A DNA stretch of 64,000 nt from Magnetococcales bacterium. GTDB lineage: Bacteria > Pseudomonadota > Magnetococcia > Magnetococcales > JADFYX01. Shown in pieces: positions 27,109 through 36,559 of this stretch. The DNA lies in contig PEAM01000002.1 in assembly GCA_002753565.1 (NCBI GenBank), positions 138,783 through 202,782 on the forward strand, given 5' to 3'. Under the pieces are notes generated by a model. That model made no database searches. It was given only the letters and a program-made list of their open reading frames with translations, and was not told the origin of the DNA. Position 1 is the stretch's first letter; every line of letters begins with the position of its first letter. Position numbers and translations under genes: made by a program.

Positions 27109-27737
27109 GCAGGCCCACCCTGACAGCTCGCCAGGCCGGCTTGGCCTCGTGCCATACCTGCCATCTGGTGGTAAAAAAACCCCAGGGGCACGACAAGGCA
27201 CACTGCCCGCGCTGCCACAGCCCCATCCACTCCCGCAAGGTGGATAGTCTCTCTCGGACCTGGGCCTTGGTTGTGGCGGCCGTCATCCTCTACATACCGG
27301 CCAACCTCTATCCGGTGATGACAGTCAGCAAGCTGGGGAGTGGTGATCCGAGTACAATTATCAGCGGTGTCATGCACCTGATTCACTCCGGTATGTGGCC
27401 GTTGGCTCTGATTGTCTTTGTGGCCAGTATTGTTGTTCCGGTGGGAAAGCTTGCTATACTGATCTACCTGCTGCTGTCGGTTCACTATCGATCTTTTCGC
27501 AAACCCAAAGATCGTACCGTGCTGTTCCGTCTTCTAGAGCTGTTTGGCCACTGGTCCATGGTCGATGTTTTTCTGGTCTCCATCCTGGTGGCCTTGGTGG
27601 ATCTGGGTTTTTTGGCCACCATTGAACCGGGTGTGGGTGTTTTATATTTTGGGGCGGTGGTGATTACCACCCTGTTTGCATCGCGGGCTTTTGATCCGCG
27701 CCTTATTTGGGATGTAATTGATGACGACCTTGGATGA
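27105..27737 (+). CDS. pqiA: Paraquat-inducible protein A, half-size (C-terminal-repeat equivalent)
   Basis: GTG 27105 overlaps the upstream TGA (GTGA). It has 'CHTCHLV...CPRCHS' plus 4 TM helices. The longer ORF from 26766 overlaps the first half-gene out of frame. Confidence 0.75.
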   Translation: MSRPTLTARQAGLASCHTCHLVVKKPQGHDKAHCPRCHSPIHSRKVDSLSRTWALVVAAVILYIPANLYPVMTVSKLGSGDPSTIISGVMHLIHSGMWPLALIVFVASIVVPVGKLAILIYLLLSVHYRSFRKPKDRTVLFRLLELFGHWSMVDVFLVSILVALVDLGFLATIEPGVGVLYFGAVVITTLFASRAFDPRLIWDVIDDDLG

Positions 27738-29454
27738 TACCGAGCAGCAACCGGATACCTTGGACCTGGACCATTTGCCGGTGTTACCCGGCACCCCCCC
27801 GATCGAAAGCGGTGGGGGGTTCTCCTTTATCTGGTTGGTACCCATCATCGCTCTGGTGATTGGGGGGTGGTTGGTGATTAAAACCTACAACGACAAAGGG
27901 CCAGAGATCGTTGTTACCTTTAAGTCGGCTGACGGAATCGAGGCGGGCAAGACCAAAATCAAACACAAAGATGTCACCATCGGTCTGGTGAACGAGGTCA
28001 CGTTGAGTGACGATTTCTCTTCGGTCTCCCTGCAGATCAGTCTGGTTAAGGGGGTGGGTAAATATTTAACACCATCAGCTAAATTCTGGGTCGTCCGCCC
28101 CCGCCTCTCCCTTCAGGGGGTTTCCGGTCTGGGTACGTTGGTTTCCGGTGCCTACATTGAACTGGAGCCGGGCAGAAAAGGGAAGGCAAAGAAGGTGTTC
28201 CAGGGGTTGGAGACCCCACCGCTGGTCCGGGCCGACTCCAAGGGGATTCGGATTCTTCTCACCACCCCCAGCCTGGGCTCCCTGGCCATTGGTTCGCCGG
28301 TCTATTATCGGGGTATTCCGGTGGGAGAGGTGTTGGGTTATGACCTGTCGGAGCAGAAACGCAGTGTCAAAATTCATGCATTCATTCGGGCGCCCTACCA
28401 CTGGATGGTTCGGGAGAACACCCATTTTTGGTCGGTGAGCGGTGTGGATGTCTCCTTTGGTGCCGATGGTGTTCGGGTACAAACCTCGACCCTGGCCTCT
28501 ATTTTACTGGGCGGCATCGCTTTTGAAAGCCCAGAGACCTTGGAGGAGAGCCCCAATGCGGTGGATGAGTCGGTCTTCTCCCTCTATCCAGACCGGCAGT
28601 CCATTACCGAGAACAATTACAGTCAAAAAATCCCCTTTCTTCTCTATTTTTCCGGTTCGGTTCGGGGTTTGAAGGTGGGGGCACCGGTTGAGTTTCGAGG
28701 CATCAAGATTGGTGCGGTTACCGATGTTAAAATGGAGTTTGAACGGGAAAATACCAGCTTCAGGGTGGCGGTTCTGGTACAAATTGAGCCGGAGCGGGTG
28801 GCAGAGATCAACAGCAAGGGGGAGTCGTCGGGCATGGGCTCCCCTTATGAGTTGTTGGAAACCCTGGTAGAGAGGGGGCTGCGGGCGCAGCTGGAGACCG
28901 GTAGCTATCTGACCGGACAGCTTTTTGTCAATTTGACCCTCAAACCGGATACACCGGTCAAGTTGGTCGGTGGCGATAAACGGTTTCCGGAGCTACCCAC
29001 GGTACCCACCAACCTGGAGGAGATCAGCACTTTTGCCTCTAACTTTCTGGCCAAGCTGCAAAAAATCCCTCTGGAGGAGATTGGCATCCAGTTGGTCGGA
29101 ACCCTGGAGGGGGCCAACCGAACCGTCAATGCCCCGGAGATTCTCAAAACGGTTCGATCTTTGGATCAGGCGTTGGTTGCCCTGAAAAAAACCACGCTTA
29201 ACATGAATGGGGTGATCACCCCCATGGGCAAGGAGATTGAGGAGGCGGCTCAAGCGGCTGCGTTGGCACTGAATCGTAGTGAAGAGTTGATGCGGCAGAT
29301 GGAGGATGTGGTGGGACCGGACGCCCCCCTCAACTATCGAGTTACGGAGCTCTCGCAAGAGTTGACCTTGACAGCCCGTTCCATCCGCTCGTTCATCGAC
29401 AGCATGAATCGCAAACCCGAATCCCTGGTCTTTGGCAAGGGGAAGGAGAGATAG
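27721..29454 (+). CDS. pqiB: Paraquat-inducible protein B (multi-MCE-domain intermembrane transport protein)
   Basis: About 577 aa with an N-terminal TM 'FSFIWLVPIIALVIGGWLV' and repeated MCE-like modules ('GSPVYYRGIPVGEV', 'GAPVEFRGIKIGAV'). The start is ATG 27721, or TTG 27718. Confidence 0.85.
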   Translation: MTTLDDTEQQPDTLDLDHLPVLPGTPPIESGGGFSFIWLVPIIALVIGGWLVIKTYNDKGPEIVVTFKSADGIEAGKTKIKHKDVTIGLVNEVTLSDDFSSVSLQISLVKGVGKYLTPSAKFWVVRPRLSLQGVSGLGTLVSGAYIELEPGRKGKAKKVFQGLETPPLVRADSKGIRILLTTPSLGSLAIGSPVYYRGIPVGEVLGYDLSEQKRSVKIHAFIRAPYHWMVRENTHFWSVSGVDVSFGADGVRVQTSTLASILLGGIAFESPETLEESPNAVDESVFSLYPDRQSITENNYSQKIPFLLYFSGSVRGLKVGAPVEFRGIKIGAVTDVKMEFERENTSFRVAVLVQIEPERVAEINSKGESSGMGSPYELLETLVERGLRAQLETGSYLTGQLFVNLTLKPDTPVKLVGGDKRFPELPTVPTNLEEISTFASNFLAKLQKIPLEEIGIQLVGTLEGANRTVNAPEILKTVRSLDQALVALKKTTLNMNGVITPMGKEIEEAAQAAALALNRSEELMRQMEDVVGPDAPLNYRVTELSQELTLTARSIRSFIDSMNRKPESLVFGKGKER

Positions 29455-29457
29455 ATC

Positions 29458-30084
29458 ATGAAATGGCACGGGATGGTGGTAGGTCTGATTGGGGCGTTGT
29501 TACTGTTAAGCGGCTGTGCGCGTATGATGGGGGAGGGGACACCGGCAACCCGATTTTATATCATCTCTCCTTTGACGATTCCAACCTCTTCCCCTGGGGT
29601 TCAGGTTCGGGAGCCTGAGCTTAGCCTGGCTCTGGAGCCGTTACTGATCCCCTCTTATCTCAATCGACCTCAAATTGTGATTCGAACCGGACAGAATGAG
29701 CTGAAAATTTCGGAGTTCAATCAGTGGGGAGAGAACCTGAGAGAGAATTTATCCCGCGTATTGATTGAAAACCTCTCTTTTCTGCTCGACTCGGACCGCA
29801 TCTACCTGATGCCAGGATTAAAACGGGAGTTGCCGGACTATCGAATTTTGGTTCGAATCATCGAGTTTGAACGGGGTGACGATGGCAAAATCCGTTTGGC
29901 TGCTCGTTGGAAACTCCAGAATAAAAGTGGCAAAGAGATTCTCTTTCGGGAAAACCTGCTGCTAACCGGTCAAAAGGTGAAGGGAGGGGACTATTCTGCC
30001 ATTGCTCAGGCGATGAGCCATCTGTTGGGGGAGCTGTCCCAACGGATTGCCGAGGTGGTCCAAAAACCGGAGGCTTTCTTATAA
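29458..30084 (+). CDS. pqiC: PqiC-like lipoprotein (ABC-type transport auxiliary component family)
   Basis: 208 aa with lipobox 'LLLSGCA', starting 3 nt after the pqiB stop with GGAGAG upstream. Confidence 0.75.
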   Translation: MKWHGMVVGLIGALLLLSGCARMMGEGTPATRFYIISPLTIPTSSPGVQVREPELSLALEPLLIPSYLNRPQIVIRTGQNELKISEFNQWGENLRENLSRVLIENLSFLLDSDRIYLMPGLKRELPDYRILVRIIEFERGDDGKIRLAARWKLQNKSGKEILFRENLLLTGQKVKGGDYSAIAQAMSHLLGELSQRIAEVVQKPEAFL

Positions 30085-30213
30085 AAAACCCAGAGTGGGG
30101 GAGGTTGCTTTTTCCCCCTTCTCCCAGCCTCTTCTTCAGACCCCAGACATCCTTTTCGGCTCGATTGTTGCTTCACCCTTTTTATTGGGCAACCAACCCA
30201 TGCCGCAACAATC

Positions 30214-31857
30214 GTGTTGCGGCACATGATGAATGGTGGAACGACAATGAACCAAGATCCCTTCTCTTTTGAAGATGAACCGTCTCAAAATCCTAAATTG
30301 GCTGATGATCCAATGGAAACGTTGGTGGCGGAGGTTGAAGAGGAGACTTTCTATCTTCCAACCAAGCCCACGGCAGACAGGTTGAGTGATCACAGGGGCG
30401 GATCGGTCGATGAGCGGCGCTCTGTATGGGGTCGACTTGTTCAGACACGGCGACCCATATGGGAGATGTTTGTCACCATTCCTGTGGCGGTCTTGGCCGG
30501 TTATCACCTGAAATCTCTTTCGATACCCTCCATGGAAGAGCTGTTTTCCACACCGACTGCGCCGACCATCCAGATTGAGACGGTACAACCGAGAATGGTG
30601 GTGGCCCCCGCTGTTCCCAGCCAGGAAAGAGCCATTGCAACAACGGCTTCTGCTCAAACCACCCTGTTGGAGGTCAAAGAGACTTCACCCCAAGGGGTCA
30701 CGGTTCCGACGCTGCCTGTAGAGAGTGTTACCTCTGCTGTTTCTGTTGCACCCGTTGTACCTGTTACACCTGTTGCGGCTCTTCCCGAGAAGAAACCGGC
30801 CAAACTCATTGCCGAGGAGATGGCTGAATTGGCTCGAGTGGCCATGGAAAAAAAGAGTCGTAACAGTGAACAGTTTGCAGAGAGCATGGTGGTTCCAGCT
30901 CCGCATAGAAAACTGGAGATTGGGGCCTATCTGGTCTCGGATCAGCAGGTGGCTTCCATTGTTATTCCTTTGCCGCGCAAAAGAGGTGAGATGGTTGTTC
31001 CAGCACCCCTTTCACGTTTGCTGGGCCGTTTGGCTGAGAAAGAGGCTCCTCTGCAGGGAGGTGAACATCAAGCTGTTGCGGCTCCGGCCCCCATTAAAAA
31101 GCGTGTGACCCATGCCATGGAGGCTCCTCCACGCAAGCGGGGAGAGATGGCGACTAACTTGGATCCAGTCAAAAAATTGTCCCAAAGCGGCGTTCAGTCA
31201 GATCACTCGCAATTAAGAGGGTTTGTGCTTTTTTTGGGGTCGTATCGGCAGGCTAAATCCAGCTATCTGAAGGCTATCAGCGAAAATCTGAAACAGGAGG
31301 CGGTCAATCTGATTCAGCAGACCATCCAGTTTGAAGATGAGTCGTATACTCGGCTCTACATCGGCCCCTTTGCCAGCCGGGAGGAGGCGATTGTAGCCAA
31401 AAAAGCGCTGTTTGACTCCCAAAAAATTAAAAGCTCTGTTACCTATCTGCAGCCAGGTACCAGCCAATTTTCTCAGGTTAAACCCATTGGATCTCCCATC
31501 CAGTTTGCTCAGGTATCAACACCCAGAAAGAGCCTGCATGCGCCACAGTCCCAAAAATATGTGGTCCATTTAGGCTCCTATCAAAATGTGGGGGTGGACT
31601 CCTCTGGCAACCTGCTGAAAAAAATTACTGAGCTGGGAGGTGTCGGGTTTCAAAAGGGGACACAAATCAAGGGCACCACTTACTGGCGGGTCTATAGCGG
31701 CCCATATTACACCATCACTCAGGCCACAGAGGCGAAGAACAACCTGAAGAGACGTTTGAATCTATCCAATGCCACCTTAATGACGGAAGGGGATAAAGAG
31801 GGCTGGATCAAGGTGGAAGGGTATAGCCAATTAAAACCAAATTTGGACAACGGTTAA
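30214..31857 (+). CDS. SPOR-domain (peptidoglycan-binding) protein with two C-terminal SPOR repeats
   Basis: 547 aa with two SPOR-like modules ('FVLFLGSYRQ...YTRLYIGPFASREEA' and 'YVVHLGSYQN...YWRVYSGPYYTITQA'). The start is uncertain; ATG 30247 has GGTGGA upstream. The last ~11 codons lie inside repeat copy B. Confidence 0.75.
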   Translation: MLRHMMNGGTTMNQDPFSFEDEPSQNPKLADDPMETLVAEVEEETFYLPTKPTADRLSDHRGGSVDERRSVWGRLVQTRRPIWEMFVTIPVAVLAGYHLKSLSIPSMEELFSTPTAPTIQIETVQPRMVVAPAVPSQERAIATTASAQTTLLEVKETSPQGVTVPTLPVESVTSAVSVAPVVPVTPVAALPEKKPAKLIAEEMAELARVAMEKKSRNSEQFAESMVVPAPHRKLEIGAYLVSDQQVASIVIPLPRKRGEMVVPAPLSRLLGRLAEKEAPLQGGEHQAVAAPAPIKKRVTHAMEAPPRKRGEMATNLDPVKKLSQSGVQSDHSQLRGFVLFLGSYRQAKSSYLKAISENLKQEAVNLIQQTIQFEDESYTRLYIGPFASREEAIVAKKALFDSQKIKSSVTYLQPGTSQFSQVKPIGSPIQFAQVSTPRKSLHAPQSQKYVVHLGSYQNVGVDSSGNLLKKITELGGVGFQKGTQIKGTTYWRVYSGPYYTITQATEAKNNLKRRLNLSNATLMTEGDKEGWIKVEGYSQLKPNLDNG

Positions 31858-32035
31858 AGGCAAAGTCAACACCTTGGGAGGCCTTGCGGGCCCCCAAACC
31901 CCCACGCTTTTAAAGATAAAAACAAAGGCACAGTCAAAGGCTGACACCTTGGGCGCTGCCCAAACCCGCTGGGAAGGCATTCATGCCTTCCCAGACCCAT
32001 CCGCTATTGTTTTGCACCCATTTGGTTTGGAATCT
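31821..32035 (-). repeat. MITE-like intergenic repeat, copy B (inverted, full length)
   Basis: Its reverse complement aligns with copy A along its whole length, and the core 'ctgggaagg...cccaaggt' is identical apart from the 2-nt hairpin loop. The terminal sequences are 'ttaaaaccaaatttgg' and 'catttggtttgga'. Confidence 0.8.
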
Positions 32036-32045
32036 TTATAACAGG

Positions 32046-33359
32046 CTAGGCCGATGACTCTACCGCTTGGAGCGCCGCCTCAATACCGTCCCAGGCTCGG
32101 TGAAGGTCCGCCTCGCTGATGCAGTATGGGGGGAGAAGATAGAGAACATTGCCCAGGGGGCGGATCAATAGCCCCCGTTCGATAAAAAAAGCTTTGAGAA
32201 AAGGGGCCATTTTCGAGCCATAGCCCGCATCGGCCGTGACAAAATCCAGAGCAGCAATCACCCCGGTAATCCGAGGTTTTTCCAGGGAGGTGCGTGGAAG
32301 AATAGCGGCCATCCGTTGCTGATGGATGGTTTCGATTTGGGCGACCTTCTCCAGACTTTTTTCCTGCTCAAATAGAGAGAGAGAGGCCAGAGCCGCCGCA
32401 CAGCTTAACGAGTTGGCGGTAAAGGAGTGACCATGGGCAAAGGCCCGGTCGAAGGATTCCCCCAAAAAAGCCTCATAGATCGACTCTCGACAGACGGTAA
32501 CCGATAGAGGCATAAAGCCGCCGGTCAACCCCTTGGACAAGCAAATAATATCGGGTGTCACACCGGCCTTTTCACTGGCAAACAGGGTGCCGACCCGACC
32601 AAAGCCGGTCATTACCTCATCAAAAATCAGCAGTACACCCGCCGCCTTGACCCGTTTGGCAACCGCTTGGATAAACTCAGGACGACACATCCGCATACCC
32701 GAGGCACCCTGAACCAGGGGTTCAAGAAGCAGGCCGGCACAGCGGTGCCCCTGGGTTTCAAGGTAGCTATCCAGTGCCGCCAGAGAGTCAGCCTCCCGAG
32801 CCTCAACCGTCTGGTCTCCCATCCAGGTTTGAGGGTAGGGGAGGGTATCCACAGCAAAAAGCAGCGGTTTGAATGGCTCAAAAAAACCGGTCGTTGCCCC
32901 CATGGACATGGCCCCAACGGTATCGCCATGATAGCCGCCGTCAAAAGCCAGAAACTGATCTCTCTGCTCCCCGCGGTTGAGATAATATTGACGTGCCATC
33001 TTCAGGGAAACCTCCACCGCTGTGGAGCCGTTATCCGAGAAAAATACCCGTGTCAAACCAGCCGGTAGTTTTTCTGCCAACGCTGTGGCCAGATGTACAG
33101 CGGGTTCATGGGTAAAACCGGCAAAAATCACCTGCTCCAACTTTTTGGCCTGCTGAGCGATGGCCTCGGCAATAACCGGATGGGCGTGTCCATGGGTGGT
33201 CAACCACCAGGAGGAGATCAGGTCCAGATAGCTCTTGCCGTCCGCCCCATGCAGGGTGGCCCCCGAGGCGGAGAGGATGGGAATGGGGTCGGGGGCTGTA
33301 GCCTCCTGAGTAAAGGGGTGCCAGACATGGCGGCGGTCTTGAAGAATCAGATTATTCAT
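32046..33359 (-). CDS. bioA: Adenosylmethionine-8-amino-7-oxononanoate aminotransferase
   Basis: 437 aa class-III aminotransferase with 'DEVMTGFGRVGTLFA' and the PLP Lys in 'CLSKGLTGG', located in the bio cluster. Confidence 0.9.
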   Translation of the reverse strand: MNNLILQDRRHVWHPFTQEATAPDPIPILSASGATLHGADGKSYLDLISSWWLTTHGHAHPVIAEAIAQQAKKLEQVIFAGFTHEPAVHLATALAEKLPAGLTRVFFSDNGSTAVEVSLKMARQYYLNRGEQRDQFLAFDGGYHGDTVGAMSMGATTGFFEPFKPLLFAVDTLPYPQTWMGDQTVEAREADSLAALDSYLETQGHRCAGLLLEPLVQGASGMRMCRPEFIQAVAKRVKAAGVLLIFDEVMTGFGRVGTLFASEKAGVTPDIICLSKGLTGGFMPLSVTVCRESIYEAFLGESFDRAFAHGHSFTANSLSCAAALASLSLFEQEKSLEKVAQIETIHQQRMAAILPRTSLEKPRITGVIAALDFVTADAGYGSKMAPFLKAFFIERGLLIRPLGNVLYLLPPYCISEADLHRAWDGIEAALQAVESSA

Positions 33360-33405
33360 GAATTTCTATCGTGTTATTTTAAAAGCTCAATCCATTAAAG
33401 TGGCT

Positions 33406-35784
33406 CTATCGGGTGGATTGAGTCATATAGAGTTCATCCAGCAATTTGAAAAGCTCCACACGGACAGATTCCAGAGCCAGGTAGAGTTTTTGTGCTTCGT
33501 CACGTTGTCCAACCTTGCTGGCATCCAACACCATGGCACCCTGGTCATGAACCTGAGAGTGAACCCGGCCTATCTCTTGGAAGAGTGGAAGATGGCCCAG
33601 CTGTTGAGTCCCTTCATTATCGTACCATTGACCAAATTTGCAGTCGTGACCGGTACGGATCTCGTCGATGGAGAGGGTGCTGCTACGTCCCAAGGCCATC
33701 TGACCCAGGTTGCCAAGCCAGACAAGGTGGTGATGCTTGACGGTATAGATATCCAGAGGAAGCTGACCAATATCCAGCTCCTTGACCGCATCTTGAAGAT
33801 CGTTGCTGGCCCCGTCTACGACGTTGTTCATGCGTACCGTATGGCTGATCATACCATCGACCAAGGTGTTGAGATCGTAAATTTTCAACGCATTTTTCTG
33901 GACATCGGCCGAAGAGCTGAAAATTCCCTCACCCAACCCCTTGATCTGCTGTGTCATGTCGCTGACCGCATTGACCTCCAGGGTAATGGTGTCCGACTCG
34001 GCTGCGGCCCGTTGAGAGGATTCGGCAATGGCAGCGGTGTTGGCGGCGGCCTGCTGAGCATTGCGAGAGACCTCCTGAGCCGCCATGCCCATGTCATGGA
34101 CATTTCGGGTCACGGCCTGGGCCGCCTGCTCGACATCATTCATGGAGTTGGCGATGCTCTCTACCGATTCGCTCTGTTCGGTCACAGCCAGGGTGATATT
34201 CTGGTTGGACTGGTCGATTTGGGTGAAGGCTTTGGTTACCCGCTGGGTTGTCTCATTGGCTGCTTTGGTGTTGTCTTGGATCATCTCCACCATTTTAGAG
34301 ATCTCCAGGGTGGCGCTGACCGTCTGTCGAGCCAGATCCTTGACCTCATCAGCCACCACCGCAAACCCTTTGCCAGCCTCCCCGGCCCCGGCAGCCTCAA
34401 TGGCAGCGTTCAAGGATAGCATGTTGGTCTGTTCGGCAATGTTGCTGATGATATCCACCACATGACCAATCTCCTGGGCCGACTGGGCCAGGGTTGCCAT
34501 AATGGATTGGTTCTCCTCGACCAGATTGCTGGCCTTGCTGGTGGTATGGCTGGCAGATTGACAGAGATCTCGAACCGAATTAAGCGAGTTGGTCACCCCC
34601 TGAATAGAGGCGGTGACCGTATTGACCGAGTTGCTGACCAGTCCCAGACTCTCATCCACCCCACCAATGTTGGCGGTCATCTCCTCGGCGGCTGAGGCCA
34701 TGGTCAAGACGTTCTGGCTGACACTTTCGGCTTCAGTGGCGATGGTCTGAATCTCTGCAGCAAGCTGTCCGACCCGACCGTTGACCACCAGAACATTATC
34801 GGCAGCATCATCGACGCTGTTTTTCAGGTTGGTTGTCTCTTGGTCGATTTGATCGTTATCTTTGACCATTTGAATGATCATGGCCCGAATTTCTGCCGCA
34901 TCGGCCTCCAGCACCGCACCAGAGGTGGTCATGGCTCGGACCACCGCCTGGGTGGTCTGGGCTTGCAGTTGAATGGCTCGGGTACTGTTGGCCAGACTGT
35001 CGGCCATACGGTTGACCAGGGCGCTGATTTCGTTGATCTCGTCTCTTTTTTCAGGAATCTCGATCCGCTGGGTCAGATTGCCCTGGGTCATGCTGTTGAT
35101 CATGAGAGAAATCTCTTTGAGGGGGCTGATAATGGTTCGACCCAGAATGAAGAAGGCCCCCAGAGCGACAATAAGGGTCACAATGGCTGTCTCCACTCCC
35201 AGGCTTCTGGCTCCTTCCCAAAACAGTCGGTTGACATCATCCAGATAGATTCCCGAACCGATAACCCAACCCCATGGCTCAAACCCTTTAACAAAAGAGA
35301 TTTTGGCTACCGGTTTGTCGAAGCCGGGCTTGGGCCAGAGGTAGTCCACAAAGCCGGAGCCCTGCCGCTTGACAATTTGGGTAAAATCATAAAAGAGCCG
35401 TTTCCCCCCTTTATCCTTAAATTGGGAGAGATCTTTACCGTTGAGTTTGGGCTTGATGGGATGCATCACCATCACGGCATCCATGTCGTTGATCCAAAAA
35501 TAGTCGTTCTCTTCGTAGCGAAGAGATTGGATGATGGCTTTGGCCTGCTCTTGGGATTGGGCTCGGGAGAGGGTGCCGTTCTGCTCCAGAGTGTAGAAAT
35601 GGCTTAGAACGCTGTGGGCGGTCTCCACCACATTGCGGGTTTTGATTTTGCGGTCGCTGAGTAGCTCCCCCTCCCGGCTGCTGATGGTGATGATGCCGCT
35701 GATGACCATACCCAACAGTGCAAACAGGATGATCAGATGAATCCGGCCCCGAACACTCAAAAACGAACTTAAACCATTCACCAT
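33406..35784 (-). CDS. Methyl-accepting chemotaxis protein: sCache-type sensor, HAMP, MCP signalling domain, C-terminal CZB zinc-binding domain
   Basis: 792 aa. The sensor has '[15 protein letters not shown]...[11 protein letters not shown]' (single-Cache type). The signalling tip is '[40 protein letters not shown]'. The CZB pattern is 'HLVW...CKFGQW...HSQVH'. Confidence 0.9.
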   Translation of the reverse strand: MVNGLSSFLSVRGRIHLIILFALLGMVISGIITISSREGELLSDRKIKTRNVVETAHSVLSHFYTLEQNGTLSRAQSQEQAKAIIQSLRYEENDYFWINDMDAVMVMHPIKPKLNGKDLSQFKDKGGKRLFYDFTQIVKRQGSGFVDYLWPKPGFDKPVAKISFVKGFEPWGWVIGSGIYLDDVNRLFWEGARSLGVETAIVTLIVALGAFFILGRTIISPLKEISLMINSMTQGNLTQRIEIPEKRDEINEISALVNRMADSLANSTRAIQLQAQTTQAVVRAMTTSGAVLEADAAEIRAMIIQMVKDNDQIDQETTNLKNSVDDAADNVLVVNGRVGQLAAEIQTIATEAESVSQNVLTMASAAEEMTANIGGVDESLGLVSNSVNTVTASIQGVTNSLNSVRDLCQSASHTTSKASNLVEENQSIMATLAQSAQEIGHVVDIISNIAEQTNMLSLNAAIEAAGAGEAGKGFAVVADEVKDLARQTVSATLEISKMVEMIQDNTKAANETTQRVTKAFTQIDQSNQNITLAVTEQSESVESIANSMNDVEQAAQAVTRNVHDMGMAAQEVSRNAQQAAANTAAIAESSQRAAAESDTITLEVNAVSDMTQQIKGLGEGIFSSSADVQKNALKIYDLNTLVDGMISHTVRMNNVVDGASNDLQDAVKELDIGQLPLDIYTVKHHHLVWLGNLGQMALGRSSTLSIDEIRTGHDCKFGQWYDNEGTQQLGHLPLFQEIGRVHSQVHDQGAMVLDASKVGQRDEAQKLYLALESVRVELFKLLDELYMTQSTR

Positions 35785-35950
35785 GATAGTGGCCCTTATA
35801 CTGGGTCTGGCAATGGCTGGAATCGCCTTGACCCTTTGGGTGGGAGAGAGGGAGGTATCAGCTATTAGGGTTGCGTCTTGATTTAAATCTCCACAAATTT
35901 ATAGCATATTTCAATCAATTATGGACAAAAAAAAACAGGTGAATAGCACT

Positions 35951-36559
35951 TTATGGTATGGCTGATAAGGAACGGCTGTCGAGAGTGGGCAGGGTTGGAA
36001 TCTCAGCCAGGATCTCTACCTTGCCATAGCTCTCGATGGCCTGTCGGTTTTCGGGTCGGGGGGGGCCGTTGAGAATAACGCCGAGCAAGGGGATGTTTCG
36101 CTCTCTTAGCAGAGCCAGGCTCAACAAAGTGTGGTTGATGGTGCCCAAGGTAGAGCGAGCCACCAAAACCACCGGCAAGGCCAGGGTTTGGATCAGATCG
36201 ACCATATAGTCTTGGTGGTTCAGGGGAACCAACAGCCCCCCGGCCCCTTCGACAATCAGGGGGTTGGGTGTGAGCGGGAGATGAAAATCTTCCAGGCGAA
36301 TTTCCACCCCCTCCCGGCGGGCTGACTCATGGGGGGAGAGGGGGGCGTCAAGATTAAAGGTAGCCGGGTGAAAACGGCTGGCGGGGAGGCCACTCAAACG
36401 GCGGACCGCTTCGCTGTCGGTCTCACCCTGCAGGCCGGCTTGAATGGGTTTCCAATAGTCGGCAGCCATTTTTACCATCAACCAAGCGGCCACCACCGAT
36501 TTACCCACATCGGTATCGGTACCGGTTAAAAAAAGGGGTTGGCTGGGTAACCGGCTCAT
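35951..36559 (-). CDS. bioD: Dethiobiotin synthetase
   Basis: 202 aa with P-loop 'GTDTDVGKSVVAAWL'. Its ATG overlaps the stop of the upstream lipoprotein gene (ATGA 36556-36559). Confidence 0.85.
   Translation of the reverse strand: MSRLPSQPLFLTGTDTDVGKSVVAAWLMVKMAADYWKPIQAGLQGETDSEAVRRLSGLPASRFHPATFNLDAPLSPHESARREGVEIRLEDFHLPLTPNPLIVEGAGGLLVPLNHQDYMVDLIQTLALPVVLVARSTLGTINHTLLSLALLRERNIPLLGVILNGPPRPENRQAIESYGKVEILAEIPTLPTLDSRSLSAIP

Noticed and set aside
30940-31150. An internal peptide repeat 'P(L/P)PRKRGEM' occurring twice in the SPOR protein linker.
   Set aside because: This is a short two-copy repeat in a low-complexity, Pro/Ala/Val-rich linker, which is typical of SPOR or septal proteins. 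There is no DNA-level tandem array.
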